Below, one piece after another: positions 9,913 through 19,645 of a stretch of 64,000 bases of DNA (position 1 is its first letter; each line of letters opens with the position of its first letter). The stretch is from Candidatus Heimdallarchaeota archaeon. Its GTDB lineage: Archaea > Asgardarchaeota > Heimdallarchaeia > Hodarchaeales > Hodarchaeaceae. The position numbers were made by a program, and so were the translations under genes. The notes under the pieces are model-generated. The model was not told the DNA's origin. It worked only from the letters and a program-made list of their open reading frames with translations, and searched no databases. Location: assembly GCA_011364965.1 (NCBI GenBank), contig RDOB01000007.1, positions 32,001-96,000 on the forward strand. The letters run 5' to 3'.

Positions 9913-11706
9913 ATGGTAACCAATCCAGAAAAATCTCCTTTAATGAGGAGTCCTATTACAGTAATTTTAGGTCATGTGGATTCTGGAAAAACCAGTTTAT
10001 TGGATAAAGTTCGCGGAACTGCTGTACAATCGAGAGAATCAGGTGGAATAACGCAGCATATTGGCGCCAGTTTTTTTCCCATTGAAACTGTTAATTCATT
10101 ATGTGGTTCTTTACTTGCACCTGGAAAGAGAACATTACAAATTCCAGGGATTTTGATAATCGACACTCCTGGGCACAGTTCCTTTATGAATTTAAGACAA
10201 AGAGGAGCAAGTGCAGCCAATTTTGCTATCCTTGTTGTAGATGTTCGACGGGGAATACAACCACAAACTGTTGAATCTTTACGTATATTGGTAAAACAAA
10301 AAGTTCCATTCTTAATTGCAGCAAATAAAGTAGATCGTCTTCCTGGATGGAAGAGTAATCTAAATATATCAATGGCTAAATCTTTAAGGGATCAACCGCC
10401 ATCCGCTTTGGAGGCACTTGATGCAATAATTTATGATATAATGGCAGAACTTAGTCATTTTAATATTGAACCAGAGCGATTTGATAAAATCAAGAACTTT
10501 GCAAAGAAAGTAGCTATCATCCCTACATCTGCTATAACTGGCGAGGGAATCCCCGAATTATTTCTGGTATTGGCAACACTAACTGAGCAATATCTTCGAA
10601 CTCAACTTGAATTACACTTAAATAAAGGTCGAGGAGTAGTTTTAGAAGTAAAAAAAGAAGTGGGCCTTGGAACAACACTTGATGTGATTCTTTTTGATGG
10701 CGTAATCAAACAAAATTCACAAATAGTGATCGCTGGAGTCAATGGGCCGATCTCTACATATATTCGGGCAATATTATTACCAAAGGATTTAGATGAAATA
10801 AGGGATCCTCGGAATAAATTTGAGAATGTAGATCAAGCTGTCGCCGCTATCGGAGTAAAACTTGTTGCACCCAACATTGATGATGCCATAGCCGGTTCTT
10901 CACTTTATGTAGTCGATGATTACGAGAAAGCTGAGGCTGTTCATCGGATTGAGGAGGAGCTAGCTAATATTCTTGTAGAAACCGATGAGGCAGGAGTTAT
11001 TGTGAAAGCTGACACCTTGGGTTCATTAGAAGCTCTTGTGAATTATCTAAGAGACAATAATATTCACATAAGATTTGCATCAGTAGGTGATGTGACCAAA
11101 AAGGATGTATACCAAGCATCTTTATCAAAAGATGAAAATAAGCTCTATGGTGTTATTCTAAGTTTCAGAACAAATTCCACTTTAGAAGCAATAGATGAAG
11201 CTGAGAAACATCAGATTCCAATTATTGGAAGTGACATTATATATCGATTGGGAGAGGAATATCAAAATTACGAGTATGAAGTCCAGAAACAGCTGGAGCA
11301 AGAAGCACTTAAAGGCATTGTGAGACCTGGGAAAATTAAGGTTCTCCCATACGTCTTTCGGCAGTGTAAACCATGTATTGTTGGTGTTGAGGTTTTATCG
11401 GGGACACTTACACCTCAAGTGGATCTAATAAATCGAGAAAACAAAAAGATAGGGACTTTAATTCAAATTCAAGATAAAGGGGAAAACTTATCAGAAGCTA
11501 AGGTTAATGAACAAGTCGCAGTTGCTATCAAAGGTCCTACTCACGGACGACAGATAGAAGAAGGAGATGAGCTCTGGGTAGATGTTCCTGAATCTCATTC
11601 TCGAAGAATCTTGAAAGAAAAACTCCTCTCCCCGACTGAAATGGATGCTCTTAATGAGCTAGTCGAAATTAAACGAAGGACTGCGAACAAGTATTGGGCA
11701 CTGTAA
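9913..11706 (+). CDS. infB: translation initiation factor aIF5B (IF-2)
   Basis: RSPITVILGHVDSGKT, GGITQHIGA, DTPGH, NKVD. Confidence 0.98.
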   Translation: MVTNPEKSPLMRSPITVILGHVDSGKTSLLDKVRGTAVQSRESGGITQHIGASFFPIETVNSLCGSLLAPGKRTLQIPGILIIDTPGHSSFMNLRQRGASAANFAILVVDVRRGIQPQTVESLRILVKQKVPFLIAANKVDRLPGWKSNLNISMAKSLRDQPPSALEALDAIIYDIMAELSHFNIEPERFDKIKNFAKKVAIIPTSAITGEGIPELFLVLATLTEQYLRTQLELHLNKGRGVVLEVKKEVGLGTTLDVILFDGVIKQNSQIVIAGVNGPISTYIRAILLPKDLDEIRDPRNKFENVDQAVAAIGVKLVAPNIDDAIAGSSLYVVDDYEKAEAVHRIEEELANILVETDEAGVIVKADTLGSLEALVNYLRDNNIHIRFASVGDVTKKDVYQASLSKDENKLYGVILSFRTNSTLEAIDEAEKHQIPIIGSDIIYRLGEEYQNYEYEVQKQLEQEALKGIVRPGKIKVLPYVFRQCKPCIVGVEVLSGTLTPQVDLINRENKKIGTLIQIQDKGENLSEAKVNEQVAVAIKGPTHGRQIEEGDELWVDVPESHSRRILKEKLLSPTEMDALNELVEIKRRTANKYWAL

Positions 11707-11846
11707 GAAAAAAATTACTACAACAACAATTAAGAATCTCAAACTTCCGCACATCTAATGACACCTATACATCTATAATCTGATGTATTTTTATCCCCAA
11801 CATTATTCGGTTACTTGATATTATTAAAAAGATAAGAGATGAGTTT

Positions 11847-12227
11847 ATGGTAAGATTTCAACTTAATATAGCAGATGGGAAACAAAGTTACAAGAAGGAA
11901 ATCGATGCGGATGCCATGACCCGTCAACTCATAGGAAAATCGCTTGGTGATGAGCTTGAAGGAGAGGTAATCGGTTTTGATGGTTATCACTTCAGAATTA
12001 CAGGAGGAAGTGATCATGCAGGCTTTCCAATGGCACCAGGTATCGAAGGAGCGATGCCTAAACGAATTTTAATTGGTCATAGGGGAGTAGGATATAAACC
12101 TACACGAGCTGGAAAACGAAGACGGAAGCGAGTTCGTGGGGCAATGATAAGCGAAGATATATATCAAATAAATCTAAAGATTCTAAAAAGAGAAAACAAA
12201 GCAAAATCAATAGAAGAATTACTTTAA
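11847..12227 (+). CDS. rps6e: 30S ribosomal protein eS6
   Basis: ITGGSDHAGFPM, GKRRRKRVRG. Confidence 0.97.
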   Translation: MVRFQLNIADGKQSYKKEIDADAMTRQLIGKSLGDELEGEVIGFDGYHFRITGGSDHAGFPMAPGIEGAMPKRILIGHRGVGYKPTRAGKRRRKRVRGAMISEDIYQINLKILKRENKAKSIEELL

Positions 12228-12246
12228 GAGATTTTCGAGGCTTGAT

Positions 12247-13563
12247 ATGCCAGTTAAGAAGAGAAAAAGCACCCGAAAAAGGAAAACACCAGCTGCAGTT
12301 GCGGCTATAAGTGTACAGGAAATTCCAAACCAAGCCGAGATTTCCATAGGCATGATTGGACATGTAGATCATGGTAAATCCACTTTAACAAAAGCATTAA
12401 CTGGAAAATTCCCTGATACTCATAGTGAGGAAATTCGGAGAGGGATCTCAATTCGCTTGGGGTACGCAGAAGTAGAATTTCGTGCATGCCCTGAATGTGC
12501 AAGCCCCGAAAAATATACCACACAAAAGATTTGTCAAATCTGTGGCAAAGAAACAACTCTTCTAAGGCGAGTAGCATTTGTAGATGCCCCTGGCCACGAA
12601 GTCCTTATGGCAACAATGTTATCTGGCGCAAGTATCATGGATGCTGCGATTCTAGTAGTCGCAGCTAATGAACGTGTCCCCATGCCTCAAACAAGAGAGC
12701 ATCTTGCTGCTATGGATATTATTGGAATGGAAAATATCATTATTTGTCAAAATAAAATTGAACTAATAAGCGAGAAAGCTGCAATACAAAATTATAAAGA
12801 TTTAAAGTCTTTTATCTCGACTACATCCGCTAAAAAAGCTCCAATTATCCCAATAAGCGCAGTACATAATACAAACTTGGATATTCTCATTCAAAATATA
12901 GAAGAAAATCTCCCTACTCCAGAACGAGATGATACTCTTTCTCCCAGAATGCTGGTTGCTAGATCTTTTGATATAAATAAACCTGGACAACCACCCATGG
13001 GTTTAAGAGGAGGGGTTGTCGGTGGAAGCATTATTCAAGGTAAATTTAGTGTTGGAGATGATGTGGAAATCCACCCAGGTATCCGAAAAGGAAATAAATG
13101 GGAATTTCTTCGAACTGAGATATCTAGTTTAAGAAGTGGATTTGGAGAGCTTGAAACTGCTCTCCCAGGAGGATTGATTGGTCTTGGAACTAATCTAGAT
13201 CCTGCATTGACGAAGAGTGACTCCCTTGTTGGACAAATCGTTGGTTATCCTGACGAATTACCTCCCTCGTGGGATATTCTACATTTTGATCAACACTTAA
13301 TGGAAAGGGTTGTTGGTAGTGAAATTCAATCTGCAGTAACAAATATTGAACTGAATGAGAATTTAATGTTGAGTGTTGGGACTGCAAAAACTGTCGGAAA
13401 GGTAGAGCAATTAAGTAAAAAAGGTATTCAACTTTCTCTTCGAATTCCTGTTTGTGCAGAGATTGGTACTCGAATAGCTATCAGTAGACAGATTGATCGT
13501 CGGTGGCGGTTAATCGGCTGGGGAGTAATAAAGGGGGGAACTGAGTTACGAACCCGCAATTAA
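12247..13563 (+). CDS. eif2g: translation initiation factor aIF2 gamma
   Basis: GHVDHGKST, RGISIRLGY, Zn knuckle, DAPGHE, WRLIGWG. Confidence 0.98.
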   Translation: MPVKKRKSTRKRKTPAAVAAISVQEIPNQAEISIGMIGHVDHGKSTLTKALTGKFPDTHSEEIRRGISIRLGYAEVEFRACPECASPEKYTTQKICQICGKETTLLRRVAFVDAPGHEVLMATMLSGASIMDAAILVVAANERVPMPQTREHLAAMDIIGMENIIICQNKIELISEKAAIQNYKDLKSFISTTSAKKAPIIPISAVHNTNLDILIQNIEENLPTPERDDTLSPRMLVARSFDINKPGQPPMGLRGGVVGGSIIQGKFSVGDDVEIHPGIRKGNKWEFLRTEISSLRSGFGELETALPGGLIGLGTNLDPALTKSDSLVGQIVGYPDELPPSWDILHFDQHLMERVVGSEIQSAVTNIELNENLMLSVGTAKTVGKVEQLSKKGIQLSLRIPVCAEIGTRIAISRQIDRRWRLIGWGVIKGGTELRTRN

Positions 13564-13976
13564 ATTCCGATTCAAATCTTAATTCAGCAATCCATATTAT
13601 TCTGGATTCAAATTTTGTAATGGCAATCACTCAGATGAAAGGTTTGAGCATAAACGATGAACTTGATCGTGTTGTTCCTAGATTACGGAAACTAATTGCA
13701 CTGAGTCCAATAAAAGAAGAACTAATCAAATTATCCCAAACAGGAAATTCTAAGACCCGAATGCAAGCTAAAATTGGTCTAAAATTCATAGAAAAGTATG
13801 CTAATACTCAAGAAGTCACTTATTTTCATAAAAACATAGACTTTATTCTTTTAGACTACGCAGAGAAACAGAAGGGAATAATTGCTACCAATGATCGAAA
13901 ATTACGGAAATTTGCAGGGAAAAAAGGAATAAAAACACTTTATATTAGAAATCGCCAGTTTTTAGAATTGAAGTAA
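13548..13976 (+). CDS. PIN-domain nuclease (Utp24/Fcf1-like); start uncertain and upstream of ATG 13620
   Basis: In-frame IILDSNFVM lies upstream of the called ATG; IATNDRKL motif; conserved position after aIF2gamma. Confidence 0.8.
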   Translation, partial: TNPQLNSDSNLNSAIHIILDSNFVMAITQMKGLSINDELDRVVPRLRKLIALSPIKEELIKLSQTGNSKTRMQAKIGLKFIEKYANTQEVTYFHKNIDFILLDYAEKQKGIIATNDRKLRKFAGKKGIKTLYIRNRQFLELK

Positions 13977-14110
13977 ACGAAATTTAATGTATTTTAAATT
14001 CAACTTCTATAGGGAGATTCATAAATACACATATATTTGAGGTTTTACGGCATTTCTGAAGATTAAAAGTAAATTAATCCCTAAACATTTTAATGGAAAT
14101 ATTATAAATA

Positions 14111-14183
14111 GCCGCTGTGGCTTAGTTGGTAGAGCGACAGACTTGTAATCTGTTGGTCGAGGGTTCAAGTCCCTCCAGCGGCT
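14111..14183 (+). tRNA. tRNA-Thr(TGT)
   Basis: GCCGCTG/CAGCGGC acceptor, ACAGA-CT-TGT-AA-TCTGT, GAGGG-TTCAAGT-CCCTC. Confidence 0.97.
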
Positions 14184-14468
14184 TTAGACTCATTTTTTTA
14201 TTCTTTACGTTTTTAATCTGTTAACAAATTTGATTTATCAATATAGACACCATAATTTGCTAGATTCATTTTGTTTTGAGAGAAATTTCTTATGTATGAA
14301 GGGAATATCAATTTTATATAGCTTGAAAAAGGAGGCATCTCTGAGTTTAATAAATATGAAAACTTCCTCCTAGAGCAATTATGCACGCGAGGATACTTGT
14401 AGATATTAGGAAAATCTTCCTTAGGGAATTTTAAATTCTAAAATAATTCAAATATTGCGTGAATTAAA

Positions 14469-14882
14469 ATGAATTCGTCTGATTTAACAATTTCATGGAA
14501 CTATCTAGATACGGGTCATTGTGCATTCAAAACCAAGTCAACAAAACCTGGAAAAATTCGATGTAGCCATTTGTTTACTGTTACTGGTGCTCATAAATTT
14601 ACTGATTGCCCATTAATTCAACCAACCTATGTTTCCTTTCAACGCCAAGAAGAACTTGTTTATCTAATAGAGAAACATCCAAAAGAAGCTCCTGCTTCAA
14701 TGTGGGGGTTTACTGAACTTCCAGCAGATAGAGAGAAAGCGAGGAAAATAGTAGAGAAAGCTGTTAAAAATCTTAACCACGATTTAAAACAAACCATCTG
14801 GAACCGCTTTGAACAACAATTTGATGTTGCTGAAGTAGTAAAAGCCAGTGAAGAATTGAAGGAAGAAGAAGAGGAAGATTAG
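14469..14882 (+). CDS. Mak16/eL28-family protein
   Basis: Colinear with the Mak16 N-terminal domain: W..L..GHCAFK, C...F.VTG.....CPL....Y, VYL..K, P..MW....L; acidic tail. Confidence 0.85.
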   Translation: MNSSDLTISWNYLDTGHCAFKTKSTKPGKIRCSHLFTVTGAHKFTDCPLIQPTYVSFQRQEELVYLIEKHPKEAPASMWGFTELPADREKARKIVEKAVKNLNHDLKQTIWNRFEQQFDVAEVVKASEELKEEEEED

Positions 14883-14910
14883 CTTCCTCAGAGAATATTG
14901 TTATAATATT

Positions 14911-14987
14911 AAACGAGCGCCTATGATGAAACCTGACAAGCATGAGAAATTCGATGAAATATTATAGTTACTCTGAGCTGCTCGTTT
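14911..14987 (+). ncRNA. double-guide box C/D sRNA targeting LSU rRNA H69-H71
   Basis: Terminal stem AAACGAGC/GCTCGTTT; C ATGATGA 14923, D' ATGA 14942, C' TCGATGA 14951, D CTGA 14973; guides antisense to the conserved rRNA strings GUAACUAUAA and CUUGUC(A/G)GGU. Confidence 0.88.
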
Positions 14988-15072
14988 TTTTCATTCTATT
15001 CCATTTATGGGCTTTTATCTTGTTGATGAACAATGATGAACAATCTAGCAAACTCTGGAAGTTCATATTGAT

Positions 15073-16188
15073 TTGATATCTTCCAATGAATTTAATTTTC
15101 TAATAGGAAAAAATGTTATTTTATTACGCTTGGGAGGCGAATTGGGAGTAAAAAGTAGACGTACTCGTTCTAGAATGGTCAGGCAATTAAGTTACAATAT
15201 AGAACAAACTCAATCTTTTCAAGCCTGTAGTTCATGTAAAATTACCTCTTATAGAAATCGTTTGGTGATTTGGTCAGAAAATGTAACAGATTGGGCTCCT
15301 TTGGCGAAAGAGATTTCAGAAACGGTCAGTGGGGTCTCTTCGCTTAGTCTCGCTATTGTTCTTGATTCAAATAAAGAAACTATAATATGTAAAGCATATA
15401 ATTCAATAAAAGATGAATTGAGACCCGAAATAAGTTTTGCAGTGAGAGTACGACGAGAAGGAAAACATTCTTACTCGTCAAGAGACATCGCAAGAGAACT
15501 TGGATCGAAAATATTGGAATCTAACATCTTGAATTTAAGAGTTGATCTAGAAAGACCTGATTTAGAAATTTTTCTTGACATTCGAGGCTCTCTTGCCTTT
15601 ATTTATACGCGAATATTGTCCGCAATGGATGGAATTCCTTCTAAAGTTCAGGGTAAAGCGATTATGATTCTTAAACCACATTATAATTCACTTCTTGCTG
15701 CATTTTTAATGAAAAAAAGAGGAGTTGAAATAATTCCTGTTTTTTTTGAAACAGGCCACGAATTAGAGAAGATATTTCAAGATTATACACAAAAACTATT
15801 CTTCCAAAAAATGAGAAAAAGGTCAATTCAATCTAGTTTGGAGAGATTTAAAGATAGTAAATCACTATGTTTTCTCTGTCAGGCTTTTTGTGAGGCCTAT
15901 TGCCAAGAAATCGCTATTAATGAGAATATAGGTACAATAATATCCCCCACCTGCTTCAAATTTAATAAAGAAACTATTTCATTGCCAGCTCTCGAATTCC
16001 TTGAATCTACTTCTAAATTACCTGTGCTTCGTCCAATTCAATTCGGTTATTTTGGTGAAAGTTTAAAACTTGAAGTCCCTGATAGTGGCACATGTTGTAG
16101 ATATCGGTCCACACTAGAAATCCTTATCTCAAATGATATTAAGGAAGCTACAAAGAAATTCTTTGATTTTTCTAGAAAACAAGATTAA
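15073..16188 (+). CDS. THUMP-domain ThiI-like protein with degenerate PP-loop
   Basis: GELGVKSRRTR, SFAVRVRREG, VDLERPD; SGGIDS is replaced by KPHYNS. Confidence 0.85.
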   Translation: MISSNEFNFLIGKNVILLRLGGELGVKSRRTRSRMVRQLSYNIEQTQSFQACSSCKITSYRNRLVIWSENVTDWAPLAKEISETVSGVSSLSLAIVLDSNKETIICKAYNSIKDELRPEISFAVRVRREGKHSYSSRDIARELGSKILESNILNLRVDLERPDLEIFLDIRGSLAFIYTRILSAMDGIPSKVQGKAIMILKPHYNSLLAAFLMKKRGVEIIPVFFETGHELEKIFQDYTQKLFFQKMRKRSIQSSLERFKDSKSLCFLCQAFCEAYCQEIAINENIGTIISPTCFKFNKETISLPALEFLESTSKLPVLRPIQFGYFGESLKLEVPDSGTCCRYRSTLEILISNDIKEATKKFFDFSRKQD

Positions 16189-16189
16189 A

Positions 16190-16798
16190 TTATTCCACAA
16201 TTCTCTTAATGATCTCACCATTTGGTGTAGTCTCAGAATAAATAATTCCTTCAAAAATAGAAATTTTTGTATCGAGATTTCGCCATATGTTTGGCGGAAG
16301 ATTAGCTTTCATGCAGACATAATCAAGGTAACTTTCTAAATCCCATCTTTGTTCTACAGCTACTTGAGGAAGTAATAAACCTCTAAAGTGCCCCCGTTCC
16401 GCAATAAGTCCGTGTTTTCCGATTTTAATCAAATTAAAATAGTCTTTAGGATCATTTATTTCTAGTAACTGAGGTACCGTTAAGATGGTAACTTCCACAA
16501 TTACGTTTTTCATTTCATTTAAGGTGACCGAAGGAAACCTTGGGTCGTTGATAGCTGCATCTATTGCAGAATCTATAGTCGATTGGATTAATGTGCTTCT
16601 CGGACTTTCAATTCGTCCAATACATCCCCTTAATTTTTCTCTCGACCCTTCGATAGTGTGTAATGTAACAAATACGCCTGATTGGTCAAAAAGATCCTTG
16701 GGGGCATCATCAGGAATTTTCAGTTTGCTATGAGTCACCAAATATGTTTCTATTGTATTCCTTGCCAATTTGACTAGATATTCTCCAGAATAGGACAC
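16190..16798 (-). CDS. AMMECR1-domain protein (AmmeMemoRadiSam A)
   Basis: GVFVTL, LRGCIG, DPRF, GLLLPQV. Confidence 0.96.
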   Translation of the reverse strand: MSYSGEYLVKLARNTIETYLVTHSKLKIPDDAPKDLFDQSGVFVTLHTIEGSREKLRGCIGRIESPRSTLIQSTIDSAIDAAINDPRFPSVTLNEMKNVIVEVTILTVPQLLEINDPKDYFNLIKIGKHGLIAERGHFRGLLLPQVAVEQRWDLESYLDYVCMKANLPPNIWRNLDTKISIFEGIIYSETTPNGEIIKRIVE

Positions 16799-16955
16799 TC
16801 TAAGGACTCCATCAATGATTGGATATACATTAAAACTCTATACTTAATCTGAAAAATATCTAGTCCTTTTTAAAAAGGGTTATTATTATAATTCAAAACT
16901 CGTACAAATGAGAGCTAACAACCTAAAGTTAAATTGAAAAGGATGAGGACTGAAA

Positions 16956-17363
16956 TTGAGTAAAGAACGTCGCGATTTAAGCCAACGGAAGATTCGGCGT
17001 ATTCAAACTGCTACTGATGAGCCTTCTGCAGACACTGATTCAATAACAGTATCCTCAATGGCTGATAGATTTAACGCGTTATCTCCAAATACAAAATTGT
17101 ACTACTCCAAAGTTGTTTTTAGCATTATTTGGGGAATAATAGCTGGTCTTTCTTTTATTTTCTTTGATATTTCTCCTGGTTTATGGTTCTTATTTCCCAT
17201 AGTGGGGTTGATATCATGTAACGCTTTTGTACGCTTTTACTTAGAGCTACCGGGTGATGAGGTGGACACAAAGCGCCTTTGGCTCTCAGGAACGTTTACA
17301 TTTATAGTTTTATTCGTTGTTGTATCATCATTAATATGGATGTTACCAGGACCCCGTCTTTAA
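16956..17363 (+). CDS. EMC6/Rab5ip-like 3-TM membrane protein
   Basis: S...GIIAGL in TM1 and G.FTFIVLF....L in TM3 fit the EMC6 pattern. Confidence 0.6.
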   Translation: MSKERRDLSQRKIRRIQTATDEPSADTDSITVSSMADRFNALSPNTKLYYSKVVFSIIWGIIAGLSFIFFDISPGLWFLFPIVGLISCNAFVRFYLELPGDEVDTKRLWLSGTFTFIVLFVVVSSLIWMLPGPRL

Positions 17364-18115
17364 ATAGACCAATCATCTCCAGCAGTAAAAGTCCGACTGA
17401 GATGAGCTGCTAGAAGTTCCATTCCATCTCCAGTTAAGGAACTTATCGGAAGAATTGGAATATCAGATAAGGTTTCTACGATTTGCCCTATTCCAAATGA
17501 AAATTCTCTATTCATCCCATGAAGTTCTTCAATGGCAACATATGGATCCTCTCTCCAAGATAATATTGTTTCAATTTGATGTGCCTTAATTAAATCGCTT
17601 TTTGTCAAAACATGAATCATAGGTAAATTCAGTCTTATCTGGACTGAAGTAGCGAGTAGGTTAATCGAAAGAAAACCAGAGATATTAGATACAAGGGCAG
17701 AATCAAATAAAAAGGCTAATGTTGAGGTATCAGCTGGAAAACTCTGAATTATTTTTAAACTAGCAGTTCGATATGCAAAAAGCTCAATTTGCCCCGGAGT
17801 ATCAATAAGAACAACCTCTGAACTTTCCCCGAGGTCAGTTATTTGTTCCTGAATCTCATGAATATAATCAGCAATCAAATCAGCAGCTGCAATCATTGCA
17901 CCATTTGGACCAAGCTGATATTCATCAACCAGCTGTTCAAAGTTAATGAACTCCCTAATATCAATGTCGGCCTGATAAGGAACATGTTGGACTGCTGGGT
18001 CAAGATTAATTGTAGTTATTGACGCACCTCTTGTTATCAAATATCTCTGAAGAGATGATGTAAGCATTGTCTTCCCAGAGCCTGCTGTACCTACAATATA
18101 ACAAATATTTGGCAT
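17360..18115 (-). CDS. GPN-loop GTPase
   Basis: GTAGSGKT, NLDPA, LGPNGA, DTPGQIE. Confidence 0.96.
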   Translation of the reverse strand: MPNICYIVGTAGSGKTMLTSSLQRYLITRGASITTINLDPAVQHVPYQADIDIREFINFEQLVDEYQLGPNGAMIAAADLIADYIHEIQEQITDLGESSEVVLIDTPGQIELFAYRTASLKIIQSFPADTSTLAFLFDSALVSNISGFLSINLLATSVQIRLNLPMIHVLTKSDLIKAHQIETILSWREDPYVAIEELHGMNREFSFGIGQIVETLSDIPILPISSLTGDGMELLAAHLSRTFTAGDDWSI

Positions 18116-18119
18116 CTAA

Positions 18120-19262
18120 TCAGCCACCAGTTCCTAACAATAACTTGAAATCTATAATTTGAGTAGGAGAAGCCAAGAGACCTCTTGAGTAAATTTCTAG
18201 TGTTATGGAAGCACTATAAACTCCTAAATCACTCAGATAAGCGATCACAGCTCCCTCAATAACTTTCTTTCCAATGAAATTGTATACCACGCTCCATCGA
18301 TACAATCCCTGAGTCTCATTTACTTTAATTTCAAAATAATCAATATTATTGAAAAGCCCTCCTGAAGTGATTTCAATTTTTACGGGAAAAAAGTACACAT
18401 CTTGAGTCCCTTCCTTCCAAGAGTAGTTATTTGTCAAATTAAAAGGAGTTGATTTGTCTTCTAGGGGATTAGCCAATGAATTATCACTCATAGCATAGAT
18501 ATTAACATCTGGGGACGATAAAAGTGCTCCTAATATATTAAATCCAAGAAAAGAGAAAATTATTAAAAAAATGATAGCTGTATAGAATAGAGTTTGTTTA
18601 GAGGCAATATTTCTCTCGAATATGATTCCTTTCTGAATTATATTTAGATTATTCACCAAATTCTGATTTTCACTAGATTTATTTTGAATACAAGACTCAT
18701 CTTTTCCTTGTTTTACCTTTTCTTTTTCATCTCCTCCAAGAAAAAGCAAGATAATCGCAAAAGATAATACAACTAACCTACCAAGTGTTGTTTGAATAAC
18801 TAGTAAGAACCATCCAACATGCGGAACTCGAAATACAACCACTCCATGGATTATGTCATCTTCTCCTATAACGTACCAGCTATCAGGATCCACTCGATTA
18901 TCTCCATTAGTTTTGAAACGAATCGTACCATTTTCTTCCCACTTCGCCACAACACGGTGAACAACTGGATCATTTACGTAAGGAGTGTCGAAAATAATAA
19001 CATCGCCAACTTTGATCTCATTGATTGGGACTCTTCTTATTAAAAGGATATCACCTCTAAATGGATACATCTCAGAATACTCATAATCTTGAAATCCGTT
19101 GTAAATTGGAAGCATACTTCCAGTTGTAACAGAAACAATTGGATGTTTAGGATTTGCTAAATAAGAGTTGATTCCAGAAGAAACAGCAACTGCTAAGACA
19201 ATTGCAATTCCTAAAAGCAAAACTCCCTCAATAATACCTTTATATTTTCTGATAGCCTTCAA
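18120..19262 (-). CDS. sec11: signal peptidase I (Sec11/S26B) with C-terminal extension
   Basis: TGSMLP, GD, VVHRV, KTNGDN, PHVGW; extra TM helix and C-terminal domain. Confidence 0.9.
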   Translation of the reverse strand: MKAIRKYKGIIEGVLLLGIAIVLAVAVSSGINSYLANPKHPIVSVTTGSMLPIYNGFQDYEYSEMYPFRGDILLIRRVPINEIKVGDVIIFDTPYVNDPVVHRVVAKWEENGTIRFKTNGDNRVDPDSWYVIGEDDIIHGVVVFRVPHVGWFLLVIQTTLGRLVVLSFAIILLFLGGDEKEKVKQGKDESCIQNKSSENQNLVNNLNIIQKGIIFERNIASKQTLFYTAIIFLIIFSFLGFNILGALLSSPDVNIYAMSDNSLANPLEDKSTPFNLTNNYSWKEGTQDVYFFPVKIEITSGGLFNNIDYFEIKVNETQGLYRWSVVYNFIGKKVIEGAVIAYLSDLGVYSASITLEIYSRGLLASPTQIIDFKLLLGTGG

Positions 19263-19645
19263 TATATATCAATTCAAGGAGAGAATGGAGACATTTTTTA
19301 GCTTACTGATCCAAACTATAATTGAATATAATATGTCCCCTATTCAAATAATCAGGTCAAGGATTGCTCATATTAAATTTTTTCATCTCTAATAGAAAAC
19401 ATAAGAATTTAGTGGACGTAGAGGCTAATAGATTGTACCATTTAGTAATTGGTTACATTTTTTTAGCAAATAATCCCTCTCATTTGAATTATTTAGCAAA
19501 AATATAAAATCTAGAACCATTATTTTCTATTATAATCATCTTAACCATCAAGCAACTTTTAACGTTAAAGTAGAAATGATGTAAATGACATAAAGCAGAA
19601 AATAAATGCCAAATATGTCAACATTTTATATGGAGTTTACCTAAG

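Noticed and set aside
15025-15044. TGATGAACAA tandem repeat as a second C/D sRNA
   Set aside because: No convincing D box, terminal stem or rRNA-complementary guide.
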